From NCBI GenBank assembly GCA_030324005.1, contig JARDVH010000130.1:21075772-21139771 (forward strand): a stretch of 64,000 nt of DNA. The letters run 5' to 3'. Below are positions 50,539 through 63,499 of the stretch, one piece after another. The notes beneath the pieces were generated by a model. The model did not search any database, was not told where the DNA came from, and was given only the letters and a program-made list of their open reading frames with translations. Numbering within the stretch: position 1 is the stretch's first letter; every line of letters starts with the position of its first letter. Source of the stretch: Negaprion brevirostris. Taxonomy: Eukaryota. Position numbers and translations under genes: made by a program.

Positions 50539-52140
50539 CTTCAGATAAGTCCTCACAGACACCCCTCCAATATCTCTGATTGCAGTGTTCAGTTCCAACC
50601 CCACCAAGCTGGATTCCCCTGCAATGATCTGACAAGCAAAAATTCATTGATTTCAGCGGAACCAGAAGATGCTTCCGGGGGGAGGGGCAGAAAAATTCTG
50701 GCCCAACATCCTTTCAATATCCTTAAAGTTTCTGGAAAATACAGTGAATGCATTGGAGCTGAAAGAAGACTCCTTCAAAATAGAAGAATGGCCTCCTCTT
50801 TCTCCTATCTTCTATGTTTCTATATTAGAACAATGGGCCATAAGTTTCTGTTACTGTAATGGCAAGGCTTATAGAGCCCATCATTAACAATGCCCATGCC
50901 TTGTTGCATGCAGGCATGGATTGCTTCATTACCTAAGGAGTTGAGTGGAACTAAACGCTGCAATCATCAGAGATATTGGAAGAGTGTCTGTACGACTTAT
51001 CTGACGATGTAGAGGTCTAGGTTTGCAATTTGTAACTGAACGGTGCTTCATGATGATAAAGCAATTATGACTGCTTCAATTCCATTGTGGTTTCTTCCCA
51101 CAGTTGGTGAGGAGTTGTAAGAATTTGAATTATAGTTTTCTTTTTCTGCTAACCACTCAAATGGGCCACTGGTTGGAAGCAGGAGTTGTAGTAAATGGCG
51201 AGGTAATAACTCATTACTTAAGAGTTTGAGATTGTAAGCTCCAATGCCATCAAAGCTATTAACATCTTCAGATTCGAGGATCTGAGGAATATACCAGCAT
51301 CTCTTGTACTGTTGGTTGACTTGGCAGCATTTAGGATTTAGACGGACATGTAATATAAATTGATCTACTTTCACAGAGTTTGGGTTGTTCGTGGAAACCT
51401 ATAGTTTAGAGCTGATCTCAGACAGACATCTAATCAATTGCTGATATAATCTAGACTTTGGGAGAGCACAGGTGTGTACTTTTGTGTTGAGGTGTTTTCT
51501 GTTATAGTCATTCCTCTTTTTGGCCGGTTATTGAACAAATCTTTCATTAAATCACAGCTGCAATCCAATTTGAACGCATTGTTGCTTATGGATAAAGAAT
51601 TCTGCAGCTGTAGGTTTTATCTCTTTTATTGAAAGATGGTGAAAGATGTATCCTCTGGCCAGCACAGAGGATGCCACTTAAACAGCAATCCGATGCTTGA
51701 GGAATTTACAATTATTCTTGTCAAAGAAGGTCAACTTACTAAAATCCAATGAGCCAGCACTGATACCATGGAAAAGAACTTGGACCGCAACTTCATCTTC
51801 TTTACTGCTTAAGAGAATGGAGCAGAAAATCTGTCCAAAGCTTCACTGTCTTTTGAGAGGAGAATTGTGTTGACGGGCTTTCTGACTGTAATGTCAAACT
51901 GGAGACTGTGTATGCGTTGGACAAAAGTTATACAAATGTCAACTTCGCTGTTGTCAGCAAGTTATAGGTCAATGAGATCAGGGATTGCTAGTAACTTTTG
52001 CCAATAGATTTAGCAATCAATCTTTGCAGCCAAGTTTAAGGTCTACCTTTCAGACATCTCCATCCTAATTTGCAACTTGAGGCTGAAACCTAAGCAACAG
52101 AAAAGATTCTAGGATTATCAACATGTGTATACTACTTATT

Positions 52141-52292
52141 GTAACCCTTTCACCACTTCTAATGGTGTTTTTTTTCTTTCTTAATTTACCAGGTAAGGAA
52201 TATCTAATTCCATGTCAGTCATAGGAGATATGCAACATGTTCCACACACTGTCAGAGTCGTTATACGGCCACCCTATCCCTATCCGGTAATT
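52141..52292 (+). promoter_or_regulatory. Candidate recursive splice site with a 94-nt RS/poison exon (52193-52286)
   Basis: CTAAT branch-like motif (52159-52163), long polypyrimidine tract, no AG for ~78 nt, CAG|GTAAGG at 52192/52193, downstream donor CCG|GTAATT at 52287, stops in all three frames. Confidence 0.45.
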
Positions 52293-52309
52293 TATATTTT
52301 TATTCACTT

Positions 52310-53645
52310 TTAGGACATGGGAATTGCAGGCAAGGCCAACATTTATTGCCCATTCCTAATTCCCCTTGAGATGATGGTCTTGAGCTATCCTCTTGACCTA
52401 CTGCAATCCATCTAGTGTTGGTAAAGGTGCTGTTAGGAAGGGAGTCTGAGGATTTTTACCTGGCGACTATGAAGTGCAGTGATATAATTCCAAATCAGGA
52501 TGGTGTGACATGGAAAGGAAACTTGCAGGTGCTGGTATTCCTATGAGTATGCCACCCTTGAATGCCTAGGGGACAGAGGTCACAGTTTGGAAGGTGATGT
52601 AGAAAGAGCTTGGTGAGTTTCTGCAGTACATCTTGTAGGTATCATGTAGAGTGAATCAATGTAGATGAAAACTGACAGCTGCGATCGTCAGGACCTTAGG
52701 AAGATGCCAATATAGATCATCCATTCAGCACCAATAGTTGAAGATGTTTGAAAGTTCTTTAACCTTGTCTTTTTTCACTGAGGTACTGGTCTCCCCCATG
52801 ACTGAAAATAGATATTTGTGGGGCTTCTTCCTCTGGTTAGCTATTCAATTATCAATCACCATTTCTTGATGTGGCAGGACTGCGGAATATTGATCTAATC
52901 CATTAGTTTATGGGATCTCTTAGCTCTACAGCATGCTGCTGTGGCTGTTTGGCATCACATAGTTCTGTGTTGTAGCTTCACCAGTTTGATTTCTCAGCCT
53001 GGTGCTGCTCTTGGTATGCCCTGTGACACTCCTCATTGAGCCAGGGAATGTCTGAGCATGAGGTTACAGCTTATTGAATACAATTCTGCTGCTGTGGGAA
53101 CTCACAGTACCTCATGGATATGTAGCTTTGAGTTGCTCGATCTGTTCTGAGTCTCTCCAATTTAGCATGGTGGCAGTGACACACAACACTCTGGCGGTAG
53201 TTCTCAATACGAAGGTTAGACTTTGTTTCTCACAAGGGCTATGCGGTACCTGCTTCTACCAATACTGTCATGGATAGGTGCATCTGCAGTGGGTGGTTTT
53301 GAGAGGATGAGGGAACATACATTTTTCTCATTGATTATCACACTATCTGCCACGGACCTAATCTCATAGACAAGTCTTTCAGGACATAGCCAGCTCAGTC
53401 TGTAATAACACCACTCTTCCTGATGGGCATGGATGTCCCTCACTCATTCTCTGCCCTTGCCATCCTTGGTTGCTCCAACTTGTGCTTAGCATTAAGGAGT
53501 GCAAATTCGCCAGCTGAGGAAGGACAGTGGTAGCAATCAGCAGATGGTTTCTATGACCATGTTTGACCTGATGCCATGAGACTTCATAGAGTCATGGCTG
53601 AGGATTCCATGGGTCACTCCTCACTTGGCAGTCTACCATGGTGCT
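52310..53645 (-). mobile_element. CR1-clade LINE, internally deleted (3' end plus endonuclease-region remnant)
   Basis: Tail CAACATTTATTGCCCATTCCTAATT; minus strand HEVSWHQVKHG-like APE motif near 53560-53590. Confidence 0.75.
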
Positions 53646-53694
53646 GACACTTCAGGTTTATTTAATTGAATTTAAATTAGCATGTTTTTTTATT

Positions 53695-53972
53695 GATTAT
53701 TTATTAGTGTCACAAATAAGCTTACATTAACACTGCAATGGAGTTACTATGAAAATCCCTTAGTCGCCACACTCCAGCACCTGTTTGGGTACGCTGAGGG
53801 AGAAATTAGCATGGCCAATGTATCTAACTAGCATGTCTTTTGGACTCTGGGAGGAAAGCAGATCATCCAGAGGAAACCCACACAGACATGGGGAGAATGT
53901 GCAAGCTCCAAATAGAAAGGCATGCAAGCCAGGAATCAAAGCAGCAGTGCTAACCATTGTGTGACCGTGCCA
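53695..53972 (-). mobile_element. V-SINE type-B
   Basis: Complete type-B tail, V-domain and shortened head. Confidence 0.85.
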
Positions 53973-54854
53973 CTCCAGGTAGGATTTAAACTCCTACCTC
54001 TGGAGCAATAGTCCAGGTTCTGGTTTGCTAGTCCAGTAACATCGCCGCTATGTTACCGTTCCCCCAACTCATTGAGTTAATTAATGGTATTTTGTAATCA
54101 TCGTGTACGTAGGCTAATCAATACTTGATTGCTAATAAAAATGACCATATAGCTACTAATGCTTGACTAAATGCTCTATACACATTATTTATGTATTTTT
54201 TGAACACATGTATGGAGCAATGTCAAATGCAAACCAGTTGACGATGTAGGAAAAGGCAGTGACAATGGCTATCCTCATGGATAAATAGATCTTCAGGTGT
54301 GCAACTGAGACATAAACAAGAGCAAGGTTTATGCAGAGTAAACTGGTCTTAGTGCAATTGGTAGCGAGGATGCTACAGGTAGCCTCGGTTTTCCTGGATT
54401 ATGAAAGTAATAAAAGTAGTCCAGCCTCCAACTTCTGCTTTCCATATGGTGGATGTGTGTGTGTGTGTTTCTAACAAGGATAGAGAAAGAGTTAGCCATT
54501 GAGTTCATACAATCAATCAACCTGTTGATGTTCATAGACTCACATGCGAACAGTGATTTCTTGGATAAGCAGAGACTGCAATTATTTATCCAACTGAACC
54601 TTATTGTGTGAAAGGAAAAGGGGGTATAATTAGGGAAAATGAAACAAATTGGGACAAGTTTTCCTGTTCCTTTTGAGGCATCCTGGATTGTCACACCAAA
54701 TGGCAGGAGATCAGGCAGGAACTATTGGATGTCCATACATCAGTCTGCCACACTGCCTGCTTGTTCACTTCAGGCTGCCACTGAGCAGACCTCCTTATGG
54801 GAGGAGAGTGTTATCCACCAATTCTCCTCTGTTCAGTGCACTTAGATAATCCAA

Positions 54855-55326
54855 ATGATTGGAACCATCATTTTGAAGATCACTTCCTCCTTCAGTTGCA
54901 CACTGACTGTATGTGTAAGTGTGTATCACCGACAAGATGCACTACAGTAACTCACCAAAGGCATCTCCACAGGACCTCCATATTCCACCACTACCAACTA
55001 AGAGGAGAAGGGCAGCAGGAGTTTCCCTCCATGTTATACAGCATTGTGTCTTAGTAATATATTGTTGTCCCTGCATCTCTGCTGGAGCAAAATCCTGGAA
55101 CTCCTGACTTAATAATGTTACAAGAGTTCCTTGACCAAGTGTGTGGGGTTATGGGGATAAGGTGGGGATGGGGTGGGGGCCATTTTCAGTGAGTAGGTGC
55201 AGACCCGATGGGCCAAATGGCCTCCTTCTACACTATGCGTTCTATGGACTGCTTTGGGTCACCACCACCTTCTCAGGGGCAATAACTGCTGGGATCGTCA
55301 CTTATATCTACATCCTGTGAATGAAT
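54855..55326 (+). mobile_element. CR1-clade LINE 3' remnant with a nested HE1 tail (~55139-55247)
   Basis: ACAAGATGCACTACAGTAACTCACCAAAG...CACCACCTTCTCAGGGGCAAT...CATCCTGTGAATGAAT. Confidence 0.7.
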
Positions 55327-55982
55327 GAGAAAAGAACAGATGCATTTGCAAAAACAGGGAAACGTTTTCCCATTGTTTCTTGAACAAATTGTTTTCAATA
55401 AAATTGTACATGTTTACATGGACCATTTCAGCATAGCATTGTTTAAGTTCACTGACGAAGAACAGCAGAAGCATTAAGGAGCTGCCAAAATGCATTTACT
55501 CTTATGGAGCTAATTTTTAGAAACAACACTACTCATCAGTTTTGATAGTACATTTATCAGTTCAATTAACGTGCGTATAAGTACGAAAAATACGAGTTTC
55601 AAATTAGAGCTGTGTTTGCAGGTGCAGCAGCAGACAAAATTTAGCATTTTGTTGTCAAAATCAATTCCACAAGTTAAAGGTGGAAACACAACATAAAATT
55701 TCTTTTCTCAGATGATAAAATAGTTTGCTGTATTTTGCATTCCATTCTAATTATTTCCTTTTGAAGTGCTGAAAAGCAATTAGTTTGCTTTTCACTGCTG
55801 GTTAACAATTCTTTATTGTCTGATATACTAGTGAAATTGTTCTTTCTCTCTCCACATCTAATGATGCACAAAGCAGACTTTTATCGGTTTCCACAGTGAG
55901 TTTTACCTGGAACAGGTCATGAGCTTATCGCCAGATGATTATCGCTTGAGGGACGCCACTTCACGTTAAGCATGGCTGACCA

Positions 55983-56117
55983 GGGGGTGAATTTTCCTGT
56001 TCCACCCACTACAGGAATCGTAGCGGGCGAGGGGAGGGACGTTCCGTGGAAAGGTCCATTGACCTCAGGTGGGATTTTCCAGTTTCGGGGTGAGTGCAGC
56101 CAGAAAATCCCACTCCA
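55983..56117. mobile_element. ~130-bp Harbinger-type MITE
   Basis: GGGGGTGAATTTTCC ... AGAAAATCCCACTCC; internal GGGATTTTCC. Confidence 0.7.
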
Positions 56118-56202
56118 GGAGTATAGCCTGCTTTTACCGCCACATTGGTGTATTGGGAGGAGTTTGCGCTTTGACATTCAACTTGTTGGCTGTGTTTATG
56201 AC

Positions 56203-56507
56203 TAGAATAGAATCATAGAATAAAATGCTTACAGTGTAGAAGGGAGCCATTCGTACCACAGAGCCTGCAGTGAACAATTCGATCCAGGTCCTATCCTTGT
56301 AACCCCATGTATTTACCCTGCGAATCCTCCTGACACCAAGGAGCTATTTAGCTTGGCTAATCAACCTAAACTGCACGTCTTTGGAATGTAGGAGGAAACC
56401 AGAGCACCCAGAGGAAACCCACACAGACACACAGAGCATATGCAAACCTCACACAGTCACCTGAAGCGGAATTGAACCCGAGTCCCTGGGTTGTGAGGCA
56501 GCAGTAC
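56203..56507 (-). mobile_element. HE1/V-SINE
   Basis: CR1-type tail, V-domain and partial head. Confidence 0.88.
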
Positions 56508-57312
56508 AGATAGCGTTCACAACTGTGTCAAATTATTTACTGAGATTCAGTGTAGTGATGCTTCATAGGCTTAAAACTTTCAAGAAGAAGGTCTCCACTA
56601 AGCTCCAGTCAAATCCTAGTTTCCATAACCTCAGGTGTCTAACTTACAATTGATAATGAAATGAAGTCTCTCTGTATGCTGTCAGTGTACCACCTTCACA
56701 AAGTTTCAAAATCTCTCACACCATACTTGGCCATCATGTCCCAGTGTGCAACTCAAACTGGATGTTCTGGCTCAGATTTGGTCACCATCCACTGTGCCAT
56801 TAGACCTCTCTGTGAAATGCATTAAGGATATTCCCCTATGTTAAAGATGCTATGCAAATACNNNNNNNNNNTATAACAACATCTATGTCCAAAATGTTAC
56901 TTCAGTCATTCTGAATGACGGAAAAGTGCATACACTAATTGATTAAATACCTGTCCTTATGACATGGAGACATGAATCCAAGTCCCACCATGAGATTTGG
57001 AGGGTTTAAAAGGAGTTAATTAAAGAAAGCAAGTGCAAAAATTTTGCATTGGTCATGGCGACCAAATGGCGACTGGATTGTCCTTAAAAAGTAACCCAGT
57101 TCATTAATATTCTTCAGGGAATGAAATCTGCCATTCTAACCCAGGTCTATGTGTGGTCAGCGCTGCTGCCTCACAGCCCCAGGGACTCTGGTNNNNNNNN
57201 NNNNNNNNNNNNNNNNNNNNNNNNNNNNNNNNNNNNNNNNNNNNNNNNNNNNNNNNNNNNNNNNNNNNNNNNNNNNNNNNNNNNNNNNNNNNTTCTAACC
57301 CAGGTCTATGTG

Positions 57313-57615
57313 TGGTCAGCGCTGCTGCCTCACAGCCCCAGGGACTCTGGTTGAATTCCGGCTTTGGGTCATTGTCTGTGTGGAGTTTGCACATTCTCCC
57401 TGTGTCTACGTGGGTTTCCTCTGGGTGCTCCAGGTTCCTCCCACCTTCCAAAGATATGCAGGTTAAGTCGATTGGCTATGGTAAATTGCCCCTGAGTTTC
57501 AGGGGGATTAACAGGTTAAATGCAGGGGTTACAAGGATAGGGCCAGGGTGAGATTGTTTTTGGTACAGGCTCGATGGGCCCAATGCCCTCCTTCTGCACT
57601 GTAGGGTTCCTATGA
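57313..57615 (+). mobile_element. HE1/V-SINE nested in an older second-family SINE (~56950-57665), flanked by GTCTATGTG repeats
   Basis: Direct repeat at 57304-57312 and 57616-57624; host resumes ACTCCAGATACACAACAATGTGGTT. Confidence 0.85.
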
Positions 57616-58819
57616 GTCTATGTGACTCCAGATACACAACAATGTGGTTAACACATTCTAACCATTCCCTGGATAGAGGTTAGAGATGAATTTAATTGAT
57701 CCAACCCTGAGAAATGTGCAGGTTGGGAAAAGGTCTCGGGAACATACATTATAACATTGCACCAGGGCAAGTGGACAGAGTTACTGCTTGGGTGATGAAG
57801 CTAAACATATTCTCACACAAGTCAAGCTGATGACAGTGAAAATGTTAAAAACTGCAGCAGGAAGGGAAAGCCTAATAGACATCTCACCATCAAGAAAAAT
57901 ACAAATTGTGAAGGCAAAATTAAAGCTGAAAAGATCATTTCTGAGAGGTAGTGATACAATGTGAGCAGAATAGTATTGCATCATCAATAGATACAATCAA
58001 GCATGCAGACAAAGATTATTCAATTTTAAGCACCGAACAACCTACTATTTCTTCCAGGAGCAAATTCCTTGTAGATAACTCATCCTGTGTCCACATAAAT
58101 AGAATTGCCCTGACCNNNNNNNNNNNNNNNNNNNNNNNNNNNNNNNNNNNNNNNNNNNNNNNNNNNNNTATGTAATAGGCCTGGGATAAAACATTGTTGT
58201 ACCAGTTGGAAATAACTCTATGGCTTGGCTGGTGTGAATGCTCATCCCTAAATGTCTGTCGTCTGTGTTTTTTTTCTTTCTAAAGCAATGTAAATTAGCT
58301 ATGTTTCAAGTACAACTTTTTGCATAACTCAGATCCAACTTCATTCCGTGAAGTGAAAAGGATTACATAAAGTCATATCCACTTGCAACTTTTCTCTGGG
58401 GTTTTTGCCAATCAGTTATCAGTGTGAGGTGAGGACAACATTCCTGCTGTATGAGGTTCATTAATGCAACAAAACCATGAGGGTTGAACAGAAGACTTGG
58501 ATATGCAACACAAGTCAGGATGAAAGCATAATAGCCAAAAGCTAAATTGGATGTGTCTGATAGCATCAAAACATTTCTGCAATAAATTGAGGTTGCAGCA
58601 AACAAAGACACAAACATTATTTTATAAGAATTTAGGATGCCAAAAATTTCATGGCTGCTGGGCATCTTGGCATGCGTCTAACTGATCATAGTTTGGCTAT
58701 CTGATCTGTTGGCCAGGTGTGACGAGAGGTTTTCAGGAGATTTGTCAGTTAAAATCAGTAATGAACTAATCAATGATATCGCTGCTGACAGAATCTAAAG
58801 GATTTTGTTTTCATTATTG

Positions 58820-59140
58820 GTTCATGGGATATGGGTATTGCCACCTGGCCAACATTTATTGCCCATCTGTCGTGGCCTGAGGGCAGTTGAGAATCAGCTA
58901 CATGTATGCCAGACCAGGTAGGGAAGGAAGATTTCCTTCCCTTTCAAAAAAATTGTGAATCAGATGGATTTTTATGACAATTGACAATGGTTTAATGGTC
59001 ATCAGTAGATTCTTAGTTCCAGATATTTTTTATTGAATTCAAATTCTACCATCTTCCATGGTGGGATTCGAATCTGGGTCTCCAGAACATTAGCTGAGTT
59101 TCTGGAATATTAATTTAGTGATAACACCACTAAGCCATCT
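58820..59140 (-). mobile_element. Second shark tRNA-SINE family, full length
   Basis: Minus-strand head TAGTGGTGTTATCACT...GATTCGAATCCCACCATGG and LINE-derived tail GGGCAATAAATGTTGGCC...ATCCCATGA. Confidence 0.85.
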
Positions 59141-59234
59141 CCTGGATTGTGGGAATCTAAAATTACTGTTGGAAAGAATATTGAGACATTCAAAACATCA
59201 CACCACATCAAATTGACAATGAAGCATCGCATCA

Positions 59235-62200
59235 TCACATTTCCTTGATGTGTTCTTGGAAAGTGTGAGGAGGCAAGCGTTTATTGCTATCCCTAAATGC
59301 TTGAGGAGGTACCTTCTTGAACCACTGGAGGGTGGGTGGTGTAGGTGCACACAACACTTCTGGGGAGGGAATTCCAAGATTTTGACCCAGCAACGATGGA
59401 GGAGCAGTGATCAATTTCCAAGTTAGGGTGATATGCAACATCGAAGAGAACCTGGAAGTAGAGGTCATCATAGTCCTGACTTGTGCCTGCGCGATAGTGG
59501 AAANNNNNNNNNNNNNNNNNNNNNNNNNNNNNNNNNNNNNNNNNNNNNNNNNNNNNNNNNNNNNNNNNNNNNNNNNNNNNNNNNNNNNNNNNNNNNNNNN
59601 NNNATCATAGTCCTGACTTGTGCCTGCTAGATAGTGGAAAATGCTTTGGGAGTGAATTATTCATTACAGAATTCCTAGCCCCTGACCTGCTCTCATAGCA
59701 GTTGAATTTATGTGGCTGGTCCATTTGCATTTCAGGACTTCCAGGACGTTGATGGTGAAGAATTCAGTGATGGCAATATAATTAAATGTCAATGGAATGG
59801 TTAGACTTCCTCTAGTCAGAGATAATTATTTCCTGGCACTTGTACAAGATGAATGTTACTTGTTATAAAATCAGTTCAAGCCTGAAGGTTGATCAGTCTT
59901 GCTGCATTTCGGGACAGACTGACTTGTACCTGGTGAGTTGGGAATGGAAATTACCACAATGTAATTATCAACAAACACTTCTACCTCTGACCTAATGATG
60001 GTGAAGTAACTGAAGGCTCAAGGACACTGCCCTGAGGAACTCCTGCTGCGACGTCTTAGGGCTGAGATGATTGGCCCTCAGCAACCATAATTAACTTTTT
60101 GTGCTGGGTATGATTCCTACCAGTGGACAGCTTTTACCCTGATTTCCGCTGACTTCAATTTTACAAGGGCTCCTTGATGCCACACTTGGCTCAAAGCTGC
60201 TTTGATTTCAGGGACAGTTACCCTCACATAAGCTCCAAAACATTGCTCTTTTGTTTAAGTTTGGACCAAGGCTGTAAAGACTATCGCTGATTGATCCTGA
60301 TGGAATTGAAGCTTAATGTCAGTGAGTACACACTGAAGGTAGTACCCTCAATGGTTCCTTCCATCAATTTGCTGATATTGCGCTTAGATTGATGGGGCAC
60401 TAATTGGCCTAATTGTATTTGTCTTACCTTTTTTGGACAGGACATATTTGACAATTATCTAAATTGTCAGGTAGATTTATATTTTAATTCATGGGCGTCG
60501 CTGGCTGGCCAGTATTTATTGCTTATTCCTAGTCGCCCTTGGAGGGCAGTTGAGAGTTGCTGTGGCTCAGGAGTCATGTATAGATCAACCAAGGACAGCA
60601 GATTTCCTCCCCAAAAGGACATTAATGAACCAGATATGTTTTTACGACAATCGACAATGGTTTCATGGCCGTGATGGGATTGTAACCCGCGCCCTCAGAA
60701 TGTTAGCTGAGTTTCTAGATTAATAGTCCAGTGAAAATACCACTAGGCCATCGCCTCCCAGGGGTGTCAGTGCTGTAGCTCTACTGGAACAGCTTGGCTA
60801 AAGATGCGGCTAGTTTTGGAATACAATTCTTCAGCAAGAAGATGTTGAAGAGATCTTTTCTGTATAATGTGCACTCAGCTTTTCAAATCATGTAAAGTGA
60901 AGTTAGTTGACGAACAATTGGTTTCTGTAATGGTGAGAATTTGAGAGGAGATTGGGATGGATCATTGACTTGCAGCTTCTCATTGAAGATTGTTCTAAAT
61001 GCTTGAACCTTGTCTTTAAGACTTGCATGCTGGGATTCCCCCATAATTCAAGACAGAAATTTCATGGAATCTCCTGTTCCTGTTTGCTATTAAACTGTCT
61101 ACCACTATTCATGGTGAGTGTGGTGAGACAGGAAGCTTTGATATGATGCATTGATTGTGGAGTGCTGTGTTACAGCTTCAACATGTTGGCAGCATTTAGA
61201 GTTGTCCCTGGCATGTACTACTCCACTCCTCACTAAACAATATTTATTTATTGTGACTAACAAATAAAAACTTAGTGAATAGTTTAGTGGGAATTAGGTT
61301 ACATGCACAATGTGAACTTAAGCAAGGATGGGGCAGGGTTCTAGTTTCATGGATGAGGGTAAAGAGGAATAGTAGCAGAGACGGTTTCGTTGTATGCAGC
61401 CGTTGGCTTGATAGTAACAGCAGATCAGTCTAGACCATATTGTGGTTTGCTTCCATCCTGATGCTGCTGGTGTCTCACGATGCCTCAAAGTCCAGTTTAG
61501 GGCTGCTATAACTGATCTATTCTGAATCAGCCCCAGTCGGCATACTGGTAGGAGCATATGACACAACGAGGGTCAGTGTTGAGATAGGACTTAATTTCCA
61601 CAGAGCTGCGTGATGGTCACTCATAACAATACTGAGCAGATACTATTGCGGCAGATAAATTGGTGAGGATGGGATCAAGTAGGTTTTTCTCTCATGTTTG
61701 TTCTCTCAGCACCACCACACGTCCAATCTGGCAGTTATGCTCTTTAAGACACAGCCAGCTTAGTCCTGCTACCGAGCCATTCTTGGTGGTCGACATTGAA
61801 ATCCACCAATCAACCTCCTTTGCCCATGCTACCTGTAGTATCAACATGGAGGAGTGCTGATTCATTAGCTGAGAAAAGATTCCTTGTCCCTATTGGACCT
61901 GATGACATCTGACTTCATGGAGTCCAGAGTCAACGTTAAGGATATCCATGGCCATTTTCTTTATACGGTATATCGCTGTATATCTCAGGTGGGTCCATCC
62001 TACTGGTGTGACAAGGCATGTCCAGGGATAGTGATTGGTGTATCATCCTGTGTGTGTGACAATGTCAAGTTATTACTTGATAAGTCTCTGCATCAGACCT
62101 TCTCTGCTTGACACAAGTTCCCAGATGATAGTGATGAAGACGTTGCAGGTTTGATTGGAGTGGGTGCTCCATTCTTATGTTCGATATCTGGGCTATTGCT

Positions 62201-62250
62201 GAGTGAACTTATCCAATTTTAATCTTATTGTTTTGTTGTAGCAGGTTGAC
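59235..62250 (-). mobile_element. Long decayed CR1-clade LINE (ORF2 RT/EN remnants)
   Basis: Minus strand LKNCIPKLAASLAKLFQ*SY, ANY.PI-like and GVPQGSVL (~60020-60045) motifs; tail near 59270. Confidence 0.8.
60488..60758 (-). mobile_element. Second-family tRNA-SINE nested in the LINE
   Basis: Homologous to 58820-59140; interrupts collinear LINE ORF2 sequence. Confidence 0.8.
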
Positions 62251-62370
62251 ATAACTGAGTGACTTACTTGACTAATTCAATCGCATTGTTGGGATCACAT
62301 ATAGGCTAGAACAGGGTTAGAATGACAGATTTATTTTTTTCCCCCAAAAAACATGAGTGAGCTAGATTAA

Positions 62371-62482
62371 GGCTGGAATTCTCCCATAACACCTGCCACG
62401 GGAATCATGGCCTGCAAAGGCCCATTGACCTCGAGCAGGATTCTCCAGTTTTGCAGCAAACATGGCCAGAGAATTCCATCCT
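62371..62482. mobile_element. MITE nested in a degenerate second-family SINE (~62260-62600)
   Basis: GGCTGGAATTCTC ... GAGAATTCCATCC TIR; internal AAAGGCCCATTGACCTC. Confidence 0.7.
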
Positions 62483-63277
62483 AATTTTTTTACAACAATT
62501 CAGTAGCTTCATGGTTATCATTACTGAAGCTAACATTTTATTCCAGATTTTGTTTCGTTAAGTGAATTTAAATTTGAATTTGAACTCATGAATCTACAAA
62601 CCTAATTTGAACAGCTTAGATCAGATATTCTCAATATGAAAAATCATGCTGAACACAAACTGCAGATAAATTTGTACAACTAAGAACACTAGACTTAACT
62701 GTGCATTATACAGAAGTGTTTTATGGTGCAATTATCAAGGCTGGAATAATTATTATGGTAATGTATACACTGGCACAGCGTGATTGGGCGGTGAAAAAAA
62801 AGCAACTCAACACTTTAGCAAAATCGTTTTTACGGACCAACAGATGTTAAAGCTTTTCCTATTCTTCCACCTTCTTTCATTGGGTTTCTGAATCAGGTTC
62901 TCTGACTTCGTCTTCTCATCTACCTTGACATGATTGTTATCTCCTTTGTTTAGACCTCTTTGAAGTGGAAAGTCATGCACCGTTCTGCATTCACCAATTA
63001 TTCTGAAGAATTCTAGGGGCTGTGCTATAATCCATTGCTTCAGGATCCCAGTGGTGTGCTTGGTGAAAAGTCCTACACAATTATGAGTCATGTTATCCTG
63101 GTGCTCTGCTAGAATACATGAGGGATGCAAAAATTATTAGCAGGGTACAGTGTTTACTGGTGTTCAACTTTTCTATTCTCTTTCTCCATTGAACAATAAA
63201 GACAAAGTGCCATTGCACCAAAAATAAAGGCACTATGCTTGCTTTCTAAACAATCTATACTGACCTGTATAATTCTA

Positions 63278-63406
63278 TGGATGGGATTTCCTGGCCGCGC
63301 TCGCCCCAAAACTGGAAAAGTCCTGCCCAAGATCAACAGCCCTTTCTATCGTTTGCCCCTCGTGTGCTCTGATTCCGCGTGGCAGGCAGGATGGTAAGAT
63401 TCCCCG
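63278..63406. mobile_element. ~130-bp Harbinger-type MITE (reverse orientation)
   Basis: GGATGGGATTTCCTGGCCGCGCTCGCCCCAAAACTGGAAAAG is the reverse complement of the right half of the 55983 copy. Confidence 0.7.
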
Positions 63407-63499
63407 TGTGGTTCCTACATTCCAGTTGGTGCCCTTTGCTAAACTACAGCATCAATGACAGTGAGGATGCTTTCATTTGACCCTCTTGGTAATATGGAG

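Noticed and set aside
33618-50859. Long ORFs in the track (e.g. 43119-43775, 49957-50859)
   Set aside because: They are open only because they run through N gaps.
62807-63130. 107-aa minus-strand ORF
   Set aside because: No recognisable domain or splice context; length is within chance expectation.
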